Source: Auanema rhodensis (lineage: Eukaryota > Animalia > Nematoda). From it: a stretch of 64,000 nucleotides of DNA. This document shows, in pieces, positions 15,001-29,100 of this stretch. Made by a program: the position numbers and the translations under genes. The notes below the pieces were generated by a model. The model had not been told where the DNA came from and did no database searches. It was given only the letters and a program-made list of their open reading frames with translations. The stretch's first letter is position 1. Each line of letters begins with the position of its first letter. The stretch lies in NCBI GenBank assembly GCA_964057225.1, contig OZ059896.1, positions 4,774,001 through 4,838,000 on the forward strand. The letters are read 5' to 3'.

Positions 15001-18000
15001 ACGCAGCTTAAAAATCCACATCGAATGCACTATACTACATTGGGAAACACTCAATACAAAAATTAGTTATGATCGTTTGAAAAATGATGCATTAGTGTAT
15101 GTTGAGTTTCCATGTACACTCAACATTGCTTCCAAAAACATTTTGACAAAAATTTTCCCGAAAAATTTCAAAATAATTTCACAAAAAGTAGATGTTTTTA
15201 GATTCCTTTTTTCAAGACAAAGACGATGGACATTGTTATTCAACAAAAAAATTAATTCTTCACGGTGAAAATCGAGGATATAAGTGTGAACCTATATCAG
15301 TTGATATCTCGGTGCATTTTCAAGCTAGCGCAAATCTGATAACACAGATCGACGCAGCTTAAAAATCCGCATCGAATGCACTATACTACATGGAGAAACG
15401 CTCAATACAAAAATTAGTTATGATCGTTTGAAAAATGATGCATTAGTGTATGTTGAGTTTCCATGTACACTCAACAATGCTTCCAAAAACATTTTGACAA
15501 AAATTTTCCCGAAAAATTTCAAAATAATTTCACAAAAAGTAGATGTTTTTAGATTCCTTTTTTCAAGACAAAGACGATGGACAATGTTATTCAACGAAAA
15601 AATTAAATCTTCAGGGTGAAAATCGAGGATATAAGTGTGAACCTATATCAGTTGATATCTCGGTTCATTTTTAAGCTAGCGCAAATCTGATAACACAGAT
15701 CGACGCAGCTTAAAAATCCGCATCGAATGTACTATACTACATTAAGAAACGCTCAATACAAAAATTAGTTATGATTGTTTGAAAAATGATGCATTAGTGT
15801 ATGTTGAGTTTCCATGTACACTCAACATTGCTTCCAAAAACATTTTGACAAACATTTTCCCGAAAAATTTCAGAATAAATTTACAAAAAGTAGATGTTTT
15901 TAGATTCCTTTTTTCAAGACAAAGACGATGGACATTGTCATTCAACAAAAAAATTAATTCTTCACGGTGAAAATCGAGGATATAAGTGTGAACCTATATC
16001 AGTTGATATCTCGGTTCATTTTTAAGCTAGCGCAAATCTGATAACACAGATCGACGCAGCTTAAAAATCCGCATCGAATGCACTATACTACATTAAGAAA
16101 CGCTCAATACAAAAATTAGTTATGATCGTTTGAAAAATGATGCATTAGTGTATGTTGAGTTTCCATGTACACACAACAATGCTTCCAAAAACATTTTGAC
16201 AAAAATTTTCCCGAAAAATTTCAAAATAATTTTACAAAAAGTAGATGTTTTTAGATTTCTTTTTTCAAAACAAAGACGATGGACATTGTCATTCAACAAA
16301 AAAATTAATTCTTCACGGTGAAAATCGAGGATATAAGTGTGAACCTATATCAGTTGATATCTCGGTGCATTTTTAAGCTAGCGCAAATCTGATAACACAG
16401 ATCGACGCAGCTTAAAAATCCGCATCGAATGCACTATACTACATTAAGCAACGCTCAATACAAAAATTAGTTATGATCGTTTGAAAAATGATGCATTAGT
16501 GTATGTTGAGTTTCCATGTACACACAACATTGCTTCCAAAAACATTTTGACAAAAATTTTCCCGAAAAATTTCAAAATAATTTTACAAAAAGTAGATGTT
16601 TTTAGATTTCTTTTTTCAAGACAAAGACGATGGACATTGTCATTCAACAAAAAAATTAATTCTTCACGGTGAAAATCGAGGATATAAGTGTGAACCTATA
16701 TCAGTTGATATCTCGGTGCATTTTTAAGCTAGCGCAAATCTGATAACACAGATCGACGCAGCTTAAAAATCCGCATCGAATGTACTATACTACATTAAGA
16801 AACGCTCAATACAAAAATTAGTTATGATCGTTTGAAAAATGATGCATTAGTGTATGTTGAGTTTCCATGTACACACAACATTGCTTCCAAAAACATTTTG
16901 ACAAAAATTTTCCCGAAAAATTTCAAAATAATTTTACAAAAAGTAGATGTTTTTAGATTTCTTTTTTCAAGACAAAGACGATGGACATTGTCATTCAACA
17001 AAAAAATTAATTCTTCACGGTGAAAATCGAGGATATAAGTGTGAACCTATATCAGTTGATATCTCGGTGCATTTTTAAGCTAGCGCAAATCTGATAACAC
17101 AGATCGACGCAGCTTAAAAATCCGCATCGAATGCACTATACTACATTAAGCAACGCTCAATACAAAAATTAGTTATGATCGTTTGAAAAATGATGCATTA
17201 GTGTATGTTGAGTTTCCATGTACACTCAACATTGCTTCCAAAAACATTTTGACAAAAAGTTTCCCGAAAAATTTCAAAATAATTTCACAAAAAGTAGATG
17301 TTTTTAGATTCCTTTTTTCAAGACAAAGACGATGGACATTGTTATTCAACAAAAAAATTAATTCTTCAGGGTGAAAATCGAGGATATAAGTGTGAACTTA
17401 TATCAGTTGATATCTCGGTGTATTTTTAAGGTAGCGCAAATCTGATAACACAGATCGACCCAGCTTAAAAATCCGCATCGAATGCACTATACTACATTAA
17501 GAAACGCTCAATACAAAAATTAGTTATGATCCTTTGAAAAATGATGCATTAGTGTATGTTGAGTTTCCATGTACACTCAACATTGCTTCCAAAAACATTT
17601 TGACAAAAAGTTTCCCGAAAAATTTCAAAATAATTTCACAAAAAGTAGATGTTTTTAGATTCCTTTTTTCAAGACAAAGACGATGGACATTGTTATTCAA
17701 CAAAAAAATTAATTCTTCAGGATGAAAATCGAGGATATAAGTGTGAACTTATATCAGTTGATATCTCGGTGCATTTTTAAGCTAGCGCAAATCTGATAAC
17801 ACAGATCGACGCAGCTTAAACATCCGCATCGAATGCACTATACTACATGGAGAAACGCTCAATACAAAAATTAGTTATGATCGTTCGAAAAATGATGCAT
17901 TAGTGTATGTTGAGTTTCCATGTACACTCAACATTGCTTCCAAAAACATTTTGACAAAAATTTTCCCGAAAAATTTCAAAATAATTTCACAAAAAGTAGA

Positions 18001-21000
18001 TGTGTTTAGATTCCTTTTTTCAAGACAAAGACGATGGACAATGTTATTCAACGAAAAAATTAAATCTTCAGGGTGAAAATCGAGGATATAAGTGTGAATC
18101 TATATCAGTTGATATCTCGGTTCATTTTTAAGCTAGCGCAAATCTGATAACACAGATCGACGCAGCTTAAAAATCCGCATCGAATGTACTATACTACATT
18201 AAGAAACGCTCAATACAAAAATTAGTTATGATCGTTTGAAAAATGATGCATTAGTGTATGTTGAGTTTCCATGTACACTCAACATTGCTTCCAAAAACAT
18301 TTTGACAAAAAGTTTCCCGAAAAATTTCAAAATAATTTCACAAAAAGTAGATGTTTTTAGATTCTTTTTTTCAAGACAAAGACGATGGACATTGTTATTC
18401 AACAAAAAAATTAATTCTTCAGGGTGAAAATCGAGGATATAAGTGTGAACCTATATCAGTTGATATCTCGGTGCATTTTTAAGCTAGCGCAAATCTGATA
18501 ACACAGATCGACGCAGCTTAAAAATCCGCATCGAATGTACTATACTACATTAAGAAACGCTCAATACAAAAATTAGTTATGATCGTTTGAAAAATGATGC
18601 ATTAGTGTATGTTGAGTTTCCATGTACACACAACATTGCTTCCAAAAACATTTTGACAAAAATTTTCCCGAAAAATTTCAAAATAATTTTACAAAAAGTA
18701 GATGTTTTTAGATTTCTTTTTTCAAGACAAAGACGATGGACATTGTCATTCAACAAAAAAATTAATTCTTCACGGTGAAAATCGAGGATATAAGTGTGAA
18801 CCTATATCAGTTGATATCTCGGTGCATTTTTAAGCTAGCGCAAATCTGATAACACAGATCGACGCAGCTTAAAAATCCGCATCGAATGCACTATACTACA
18901 TTAAGCAACGCTCAATACAAAAATTAGTTATGATCGTTTGAAAAATGATGCATTAGTGTATGTTGAGTTTCCATGTACACTCAACATTGCTTCCAAAAAC
19001 ATTTTGACAAAAAGTTTCCCGAAAAATTTCAAAATAATTTCACAAAAAGTAGATGTTTTTAGATTCCTTTTTTCAAGACAAAGACGATGGACATTGTTAT
19101 TCAACAAAAAAATTAATTCTTCAGGGTGAAAATCGAGGATATAAGTGTGAACTTATATCAGTTGATATCTCGGTGTATTTTTAAGGTAGCGCAAATCTGA
19201 TAACACAGATCGACCCAGCTTAAAAATCCGCATCGAATGCACTATACTACATTAAGAAACGCTCAATACAAAAATTAGTTATGATCCTTTGAAAAATGAT
19301 GCATTAGTGTATGTTGAGTTTCCATGTACACTCAACATTGCTTCCAAAAACATTTTGACAAAAAGTTTCCCGAAAAATTTCAAAATAATTTCACAAAAAG
19401 TAGATGTTTTTAGATTCCTTTTTTCAAGACAAAGACGATGGACATTGTTATTCAACAAAAAAATTAATTCTTCAGGATGAAAATCGAGGATATAAGTGTG
19501 AACTTATATCAGTTGATATCTCGGTGCATTTTTAAGCTAGCGCAAATCTGATAACACAGATCGACGCAGCTTAAACATCCGCATCGAATGCACTATACTA
19601 CATGGAGAAACGCTCAATACAAAAATTAGTTATGATCGTTCGAAAAATGATGCATTAGTGTATGTTGAGTTTCCATGTACACTCAACATTGCTTCCAAAA
19701 ACATTTTGACAAAAATTTTCCCGAAAAATTTCAAAATAATTTCACAAAAAGTAGATGTTTTTAGATTCCTTTTTTCAAGACAAAGACGATGGACAATGTT
19801 ATTCAACGAAAAAATTAAATCTTCAGGGTGAAAATCGAGGATATAAGTGTGAATCTATATCAGTTGATATCTCGGTTCATTTTTAAGCTAGCGCAAATCT
19901 GATAACACAGATCGACGCAGCTTAAAAATCCGCATCGAATGTACTATACTACATTAAGAAACGCTCAATACAAAAATTAGTTATGATCGTTTGAAAAATG
20001 ATGCATTAGTGTATGTTGAGTTTCCATGTACACACAACATTGCTTCCAAAAACATTTTGACAAAAATTTTCCCGAAAAATTTCAAAATAATTTTACAAAA
20101 AGTAGATGTTTTTAGATTTCTTTTTTCAAGACAAACACGATGGACATTGTCATTCAACAAAAAAATTAATTCTTCACGGTGAAAATCGAGGATATAAGTG
20201 TGAACTTATATCAGTTGATATCTCGGTGCATTTTTAAGCTAGCGCAAATCTGATAACACAGATCGACGCAGCTTAAACATCCGCATCGAATGCACTATAC
20301 TACATGGAGAAACGCTCAATACAAAAATTAGTTATGATCCTTTGAAAAATGATGCATTAGTGTATGTTGAGTTTCCATGTACACTCAACATTGCTTCCAA
20401 AAACATTTTGACAAAAAGTTTCCCGAAAAATTTCAAAATAATTTCACAAAAAGTAGATGTTTTTAGATTCCTTTTTTCAAGACAAAGACGATGGACATTG
20501 TTATTCAACAAAAAAATTAATTCTTCAGGATGAAAATCGAGGATATAAGTGTGAACTTATATCAGTTGATATCTCGGTGCATTTTTAAGCTAGCGCAAAT
20601 CTGATAACACAGATCGACGCAGCTTAAACATCCGCATCGAATGCACTATACTACATGGAGAAACGCTCAATACAAAAATTAGTTATGATCGTTCGAAAAA
20701 TGATGCATTAGTGTATGTTGAGTTTCCATGTACACTCAACATTGCTTCCAAAAACATTTTGACAAAAATTTTCCCGAAAAATTTCAAAATAATTTCACAA
20801 AAAGTAGATGTTTTTAGATTCCTTTTTTCAAGACAAAGACGATGGACAATGTTATTCAACGAAAAAATTAAATCTTCAGGGTGAAAATCGAGGATATAAG
20901 TGTGAATCTATATCAGTTGATATCTCGGTTCATTTTTAAGCTAGCGCAAATCTGATAACACAGATCGACGCAGCTTAAAAATCCGCATCGAATGTACTAT

Positions 21001-23110
21001 ACTACATTAAGAAACGCTCAATACAAAAATTAGTTATGATCGTTTGAAAAATGATGCATTAGTGTATGTTGAGTTTCCATGTACACACAACATTGCTTCC
21101 AAAAACATTTTGACAAAAATTTTCCCGAAAAATTTCAAAATAATTTTACAAAAAGTAGATGTTTTTAGATTTCTTTTTTCAAGACAAACACGATGGACAT
21201 TGTCATTCAACAAAAAAATTAATTCTTCACGGTGAAAATCGAGGATATAAGTGTGAACCTATATCAGTTGATATCTCGGTGCATTTTTAAGCTAGCGCAA
21301 ATCTGATAACAAAGATCGACGCAGCTTAAAAATCCGCATCGAATGCACTATACTACATTGAGCAACGCTCAATACAAAAATTAGTTATGATCGTTTGAAA
21401 AATGATGCATTAGTGTATGTTGAGTTTCCATGTACACTCAACATTGCTTCCAAAAACATTTTGACAAAAAGTTTCCCGAAAAATTTCAAAATAATTTCAC
21501 AAAAAGTAGATGTTTTTAGATTCTTTTTTTCAAGACAAAGACGATGGACATTGTTATTCAACAAAAAAATTAATTCTTCAGGGTGAAAATCGAGGATATA
21601 AGTGTGAACTTATATCAGTTGATATCTCGGTGTATTTTTAAGGTAGCGCAAATCTGATAACACAGATCGACCCAGCTTAAAAATCCGCATCGAATGCACT
21701 ATACTACATTAAGAAACGCTCAATACAAAAATTAGTTATGATCCTTTGAAAAATGATGCATTAGTGTATGTTGAGTTTCCATGTACACTCAACATTGCTT
21801 CCAAAAACATTTTGACAAAAAGTTTCCCGAAAAATTTCAAAATAATTTCACAAAAAGTAGATGTTTTTAGATTCCTTTTTTCGAGACAAAGACGATGGAC
21901 ATTGTTATTCAACAAAAAAATTAATTCTTCACGGTGAAAATCGAGGATATAAGTGTGAACCTATATCAGTTGATATCTCGGTGCATTTTCAAGCTAGCGC
22001 AAATCTGATAACACAGATCGACGCAGCTTAAACATCCGCATCGAATGCACTATACTACATGGAGAAACGCTCAATACAAAAATTAGTTATGATCGTTTGA
22101 AAAATGATGCATTAGTGTATGTTGAGTTTCCATGTACACTCAACATTGCTTCCAAAAACATTTTGACAAAAATTTTCCCGAAAAATTTCAAAATAATTTC
22201 ACAAAAAGTAGATGTTTTTAGATTCCTTTTTTCAAGACAAAGACGATGGACAATGTTATTCAACGAAAAAATTAAATCTTCAGGGTGAAAATCGAGGATA
22301 TAAGTGTGAATCTATATCAGTTGATATCTCGGTTCATTTTTAAGCTAGCGCAAATCTGATAACACAGATCGACGCAGCTTAAAAATCCGCATCGAATGTA
22401 CTATACTACATTAAAAAACGCTCAATACAAAAATTAGTTATGATCGTTTGAAAAATGATGCATTAGTGTATGTTGAGTTTCCATGTACACACAACATTGC
22501 TTCCAAAAACATTTTGACAAAAATTTTCCCGAAAAATTTCAAAATAATTTTACAAAAAGTAGATGTTTTTAGATTTCTTTTTTCAAGACAAAGACGATGG
22601 ACATTGTCATTCAACAAAAAAATTAATTCTTCACGGTGAAAATCGAGGATATAAGTGTGAACCTATATCAGTTGATATCTCGGTGCATTTTTAAGCTAGC
22701 GCAAATCTGATAACACAGATCGACGCAGCTTGAAAATCCACATCGAATGCACTATACTACATTGAGAAACACTCAATACAAAAATTAGTTATGATCGTTT
22801 GAAAAATGATGCATTAGTGTATGTTGAGTTTCCATGTACACTCAACATTGCTTCCAAAAACATTTTGACAAAAATTTTCCCGAAAAATTTCAAAATAATT
22901 TCACAAAAAGTAGATGTTTTTAGATTCCTTTTTTCAAGACAAAGACGATGGACATTGTTATTCAACAAAAAAATTAATTCTTCACGGTGAAAATCGAGGA
23001 TATAAGTGTGAACCTATATCAGTTGATATCTCGGTGCATTTTCAAGCTAGCGCAAATCTGATAACACAGATCGACGCAGCTTAAAAATCCGCATCGAATG
23101 CACTATACTA
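1..23110 (+). repeat. SatA subfamily A1 domain
   Basis: Monomers carry aagacaaagacg and mostly ttcccga, tttcac and ttcacgg. The last A1-type sites are at about 22937 and 23014. Confidence 0.92.
216..282. other. Imperfect inverted repeat (potential hairpin or cruciform) in every SatA monomer; first copy given
   Basis: tcggtgc-attttYaagct-a-gcg-caa-atctg-[ataaca]-cagat-cga-cgc-agcttaaaaat-cc-gcatcga. The 11-bp core stem is perfect in monomers with atttttaagct. Confidence 0.75.
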
Positions 23111-26100
23111 CATTGAGAAAAGCTAAATACAAAAATTAGTTATGATCGTTTGAAAAATGATGCATTAGTGTATGTTGAGTTTCCATGTACACTCAAAATT
23201 GCTTCCAAAAACATTTTGACAAAAATGTTTTCGAAAAATTTCAAAATAATTTAGCAAAAAGTAGATGTTTTTAGATTCCTTTTTTCAAGGCAAAAACGAT
23301 AGACAATGTTATTCAACGAAAAAATTAATTCTTCAGGGTGAAAATCGAGGATATAGGTGTGAACTTATATCAGTTGATATCTCGGTGCATTTTCAAGCTA
23401 GCGCAAATCTGATAGTACAGATCGACGCAGCTTAAAAATCCGCATCGAATGCACTGAACTACATTGAGAAAAGCTAAATACAAAAATTAGTTATGATCGT
23501 TTGAAAAATGATGCATTAGTGTATGTTGAGTTTCCATGTACACTCAAAATTGCTTCCAAAAACATTTTGACAAAAATTTTTTCGAAAAATTTGAACATAA
23601 TTTAGCAAAAAGTAGATGTTTTTAGATTCCTTTTTTCAAGGCAAAAACGATAGACAATGTTATTCAACGAAAAAATTAATTCTTCAGGGTGAAAATCGAG
23701 GATATAGGTGTGAACTTATATCAGTTGATATCTCGGTGCATTTTCAAGCTAGCGCAAATCTGATAGTACAGATCGACGCAGCTTAAAAATCCGCATCGAA
23801 TGCACTATACTACATTGAGAAACGCTTAATACAAAAATTAGTTATGATCGTTTGAAAAATGATGCATTAGTGTATGTTGAGTTTCCATGTACACTCAACA
23901 TTGCTTCCAAAAACATTTTGACAAAAATTTTTTCGAAAAATTTCAAAATAATTTAGCAAAAAGTAGATGTTTTTAGATTTCTTTTTTCAAGGCAAAAACG
24001 ATGGACAATGTTATTCAACGAAAAAATTAATTCTTCAGGGTGAAAATCGAGGATATAAGTGTGAACTTATATCAGTTGATATCTCGGTGCATTTTTAAGC
24101 TAGCGCAAATCTGATAACACAGATCGACGCAGCTTAAAAATCCGCATCGAATGCATTATATTACATTGAGAAAAGCTAAATACAAAAATTAGTTATGATC
24201 GTTTGAAAAATGATGCATTAGTGTATGTTGAGTTTCCATGTACACTCAAAATTGCTTCCAAAAACATTTTGACAAAAATGTTTTCGAAAAATTTCAAAAT
24301 AATTTAGCAAAAAGTAGATGTTTTTAGATTCCTTTTTTCAAGGCAAAAACGATGGACAATGTTATTCAACGAAAAAATTAATTCTTCAGGGTGAAAATCG
24401 AGGATATAAGTGTGAACTTATATCAGTTGATATCTCGGTGCATTTTTAAGCTAGCGCAAATCTGATAACACAGATCGACGCAGCTTAAAAATCCGCATCG
24501 AATGCACTAAACTTCATTGAGAAAAGCTTAATACAAAAATTAGTTATGATCGTTTGAAAAATGATGCATTAGCGTATGTTGAGTTTCCATGTACACTCAA
24601 AATTGCTTCCAAAAACATTTTGACAAAAATTTTTTCGAAAAATTTGAGAATAATTTAGCAAAAAGTAGAAGTTTTTAGATTCCTTTTTTCAAGGCAAAAA
24701 CGATAGACAATGTTATTCAACGAAAAAATTAATTCTTCAGGGTGAAAATCGAGGATATAGGTGTGAACTTATATCAGTTGATATCTCGGTGCATTTTCAA
24801 GCTAGCGCAAATCTGATAGTACAGATCGACGCAGCTTAAAAATCCGCATCGAATGCACTATACTACATTGAGAAACGCTTAATACAAAAATTAGTTATGA
24901 TCGTTTGAAAAATGATGCATTAGTGTATGTTGAGTTTCCATGTACACTCAAAATTGCTTCCAAAAACATTTTGACAAAAATTTTTTCGAAAAATTTCAAA
25001 ATAATTTAGCAAAAAGTAGATGTTTTTAGATTCCTTTTTTCAAGGCAAAAACGATGGACAATGTTATTCAACGAAAAAATTAATTCTTCAGGGTGAAAAT
25101 CGAGGATATAAGTGTGAACTTATATCAGTTGATATCTCGGTGCATTTTTAAGCTAGCGCAAATCTGATAACACAGATCGACGCAGCTTAAAAATCCGCAT
25201 CGAATGCACTATATTACATTGAGAAAAGCTAAATACAAAAATTAGTTATGATCGTTTGAAAAATGATGCATTAGTGTATGTTGAGTTTCCATGTACACTC
25301 AAAATTGCTTCCAAAAACATTTTGACAAAAATTTTTTCGAAAAATTTCAAAATAATTTAGCAAAAAGTAGATGTTTTTAGATTCCTTTTTTCAAGGCAAA
25401 AACGATGGACAATGTTATTCAACGAAAAAATTATTTCTTCAGGGTGAAAATCGAGGATATAAGTGTAAACTTATATCAGTTGATATCTCGGTGCATTTTT
25501 AAGCTAGCGCAAATCTGATAACACAGATCGACGCAGCATAAAAATCCGCATCGAATGCACTATACTACATTGAGAAAAGCTAAATACAAAAATTAGTTAT
25601 GATCGTTTGAAAAATGATGCATTAGTGTATGTTGAGTTTCCATGTACACTCAAAATTGCTTCCAAAAACATTTTGACAAAAATTTTTTCGAAAAATTTCA
25701 AAATAATTTAGCAAAAAGTAGATGTTTTTAGATTCCTTTTTTCAAGGCAAAAACGATGGACAATGTTATTCAACGAAAAAATTAATTCTCCAGGGTGAAA
25801 ATCGAGGATATAAGTGTGAACTTATATCAGTTGATATCTCGGTGCATTTTTAAGCTAGCGCAAATCTGATAACACAGATCGACGCAGCTTAAAAATCCGC
25901 ATCGAATGCACTATACTACATTGAGAAAAGCTAAATACAAAAATTAGTTATGATCGTTTGAAAAATGATGCATTAGTGTATGTTGAGTTTCCATGTACAC
26001 TCAAAATTGCTTCCAAAAACATTTTGACAAAAATTTTTTCGAAAAATTTGAGAATAATTTAGCAAAAAGTAGAAGTTTTTAGATTCCTTTTTTCAAGGCA

Positions 26101-29100
26101 AAAACGATAGACAATGTTATTCAACGAAAAAATTAATTCTTCAGGGTGAAAATCGAGGATATAGGTGTGAACTTATATCAGTTGATATCTCGGTGCATTT
26201 TCAAGCTAGCGCAAATCTGATAGTACAGATCGACGCAGCTTAAAAATCCGCATCGAATGCACTATACTACATTGAGAAACGCTTAATACAAAAATTAGTT
26301 ATGATCGTTTGAAAAATGATGCATTAGTGTATGTTGAGTTTCCATGTACACTCAAAATTGCTTCCAAAAACATTTTGACAAAAATTTTTTCGAAAAATTT
26401 CAAAATAATTTAGCAAAAAGTAGATGTTTTTAGATTTCTTTTTTCAAGGCAAAAACGATGGACAATGTTATTCAACGAAAAAATTAATTCTTCAGGGTGA
26501 AAATCGAGGATATAAGTGTGAACTTATATCAGTTGATATCTCGGTGCATTTTTAAGCTAGCGCAAATCTGATAACACAGATCGACGCAGCTTAAAAATCC
26601 GCATCGAATGCATTATATTACATTGAGAAAAGCTAAATACAAAAATTAGTTATGATCGTTTGAAAAATGATGCATTAGTGTATGTTGAGTTTCCATGTAC
26701 ACTCAAAATTGCTTCCAAAAACATTTTGACAAAAATGTTTTCGAAAAATTTCAAAATAATTTAGCAAAAAGTAGATGTTTTTAGATTCCTTTTTTCAAGG
26801 CAAAAACGATGGACAATGTTATTCAACGAAAAAATTAATTCTTCAGGGTGAAAATCGAGGATATAAGTGTGAACTTATATCAGTTGATATCTCGGTGCAT
26901 TTTTAAGCTAGCGCAAATCTGATAACACAGATCGACGCAGCTTAAAAATCCGCATCGAATGCACTAAACTTCATTGAGAAAAGCTTAATACAAAAATTAG
27001 TTATGATCGTTTGAAAAATGATGCATTAGCGTATGTTGAGTTTCCATGTACACTCAAAATTGCTTCCAAAAACATTTTGACAAAAATTTTTTCGAAAAAT
27101 TTGAGAATAATTTAGCAAAAAGTAGAAGTTTTTAGATTCCTTTTTTCAAGGCAAAAACGATAGACAATGTTATTCAACGAAAAAATTAATTCTTCAGGGT
27201 GAAAATCGAGGATATAGGTGTGAACTTATATCAGTTGATATCTCGGTGCATTTTCAAGCTAGCGCAAATCTGATAGTACAGATCGACGCAGCTTAAAAAT
27301 CCGCATCGAATGCACTATACTACATTGAGAAACGCTTAATACAAAAATTAGTTATGATCGTTTGAAAAATGATGCATTAGTGTATGTTGAGTTTCCATGT
27401 ACACTCAAAATTGCTTCCAAAAACATTTTGACAAAAATTTTTTCGAAAAATTTCAAAATAATTTAGCAAAAAGTAGATGTTTTTAGATTCCTTTTTTCAA
27501 GGCAAAAACGATGGACAATGTTATTCAACGAAAAAATTAATTCTTCAGGGTGAAAATCGAGGATATAAGTGTGAACTTATATCAGTTGATATCTCGGTGC
27601 ATTTTTAAGCTAGCGCAAATCTGATAACACAGATCGACGCAGCTTAAAAATCCGCATCGAATGCACTATATTACATTGAGAAAAGCTAAATACAAAAATT
27701 AGTTATGATCGTTTGAAAAATGATGCATTAGTGTATGTTGAGTTTCCATGTACACTCAAAATTGCTTCCAAAAACATTTTGACAAAAATTTTTTCGAAAA
27801 ATTTCAAAATAATTTAGCAAAAAGTAGATGTTTTTAGATTCCTTTTTTCAAGGCAAAAACGATGGACAATGTTATTCAACGAAAAAATTATTTCTTCAGG
27901 GTGAAAATCGAGGATATAAGTGTAAACTTATATCAGTTGATATCTCGGTGCATTTTCAAGCTAGCGCAAATCTGATAGTACAGATCGACGCAGCTTAAAA
28001 ATCCGCATCGAATGCACTATACTACATTGAGAAACGCTTAATACAAAAATTAGTTATGATCGTTTGAAAAATGATGCATTAGTGTATGTTGAGTTTCCAT
28101 GTACACTCAAAATTGCTTCCAAAAACATTTTGACAAAAATTTTTTCGAAAAATTTCAAAATAATTTAGCAAAAAGTAGATGTTTTTAGATTCCTTTTTTC
28201 AAGGCAAAAACGATGGACAATGTTATTCAACGAAAAAATTAATTCTTCAGGGTGAAAATCGAGGATATAAGTGTGAACTTATATCAGTTGATATATCGGT
28301 GCATTTTTAAGCTAGCGCAAATCTGATAACACAGATCGACGCAGCTTAAAAATCCGCATCGAATGCACTATACTACATTGAGAAAAGCTAAATACAAAAA
28401 TTAGTTATGATCGTTTGAAAAATGATGCATTAGTGTATGTTGAGTTTCCATGTACACTCAAAATTGCTTCCAAAAACATTTTGACAAAAATTTTTTCGAA
28501 AAATTTGAGAATAATTTAGCAAAAAGTAGATGTTTTTAGATTCCTTTTTTCAAGGCAAAAACGATGGACAATGTTATTCAACGAAAAAATTAATTCTTCA
28601 GGGTGAAAATCGAGGATATAAGTGTGAACTTATATCAGTTGATATCTCGGTGCATTTTTAAGCTAGCGCAAATCTGATAACACAGATCGACGCAGCTTAA
28701 AAATCCGCATCGAATGCACTATATAACATTGAGAAAAGCTAAATACAAAAATTAGTTATGATCGTTTGAAAAATGATGCATTAGTGTATGTTGAGTTTCC
28801 ATGTACACTCAAAATTGCTTCCAAAAACATTTTGACAAAAATTTTTTCGAAAAATTTCAAAATAATTTAGCAAAAAGTAGATGTTTTTAGATTCCTTTTT
28901 TCAAGGCAAAAACGATAGACAATGTTATTTAACGAAAAAATTAATTCTTCAGGGTGAAAATCGAGGATATAGGTGTGAACTTATATCAGTTGATATCTCG
29001 GTGCATTTTCAAGCTAGCGCAAATCTGATAGTACAGATCGACGCAGCTTAAAAATCCGCATCGAATGCACTATACTACATTGAGAAACGCTAAATACAAA

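Noticed and set aside
686-22990. Repeated 63-aa ORF (MKNDALVYVEF...) as a tandem gene family
   Set aside because: It starts at TTG, lies wholly within the satellite monomer and has the K/F/N/I bias of A/T tracts. Visible variants mostly change amino acids, and a TAG breaks it in all A2 monomers.
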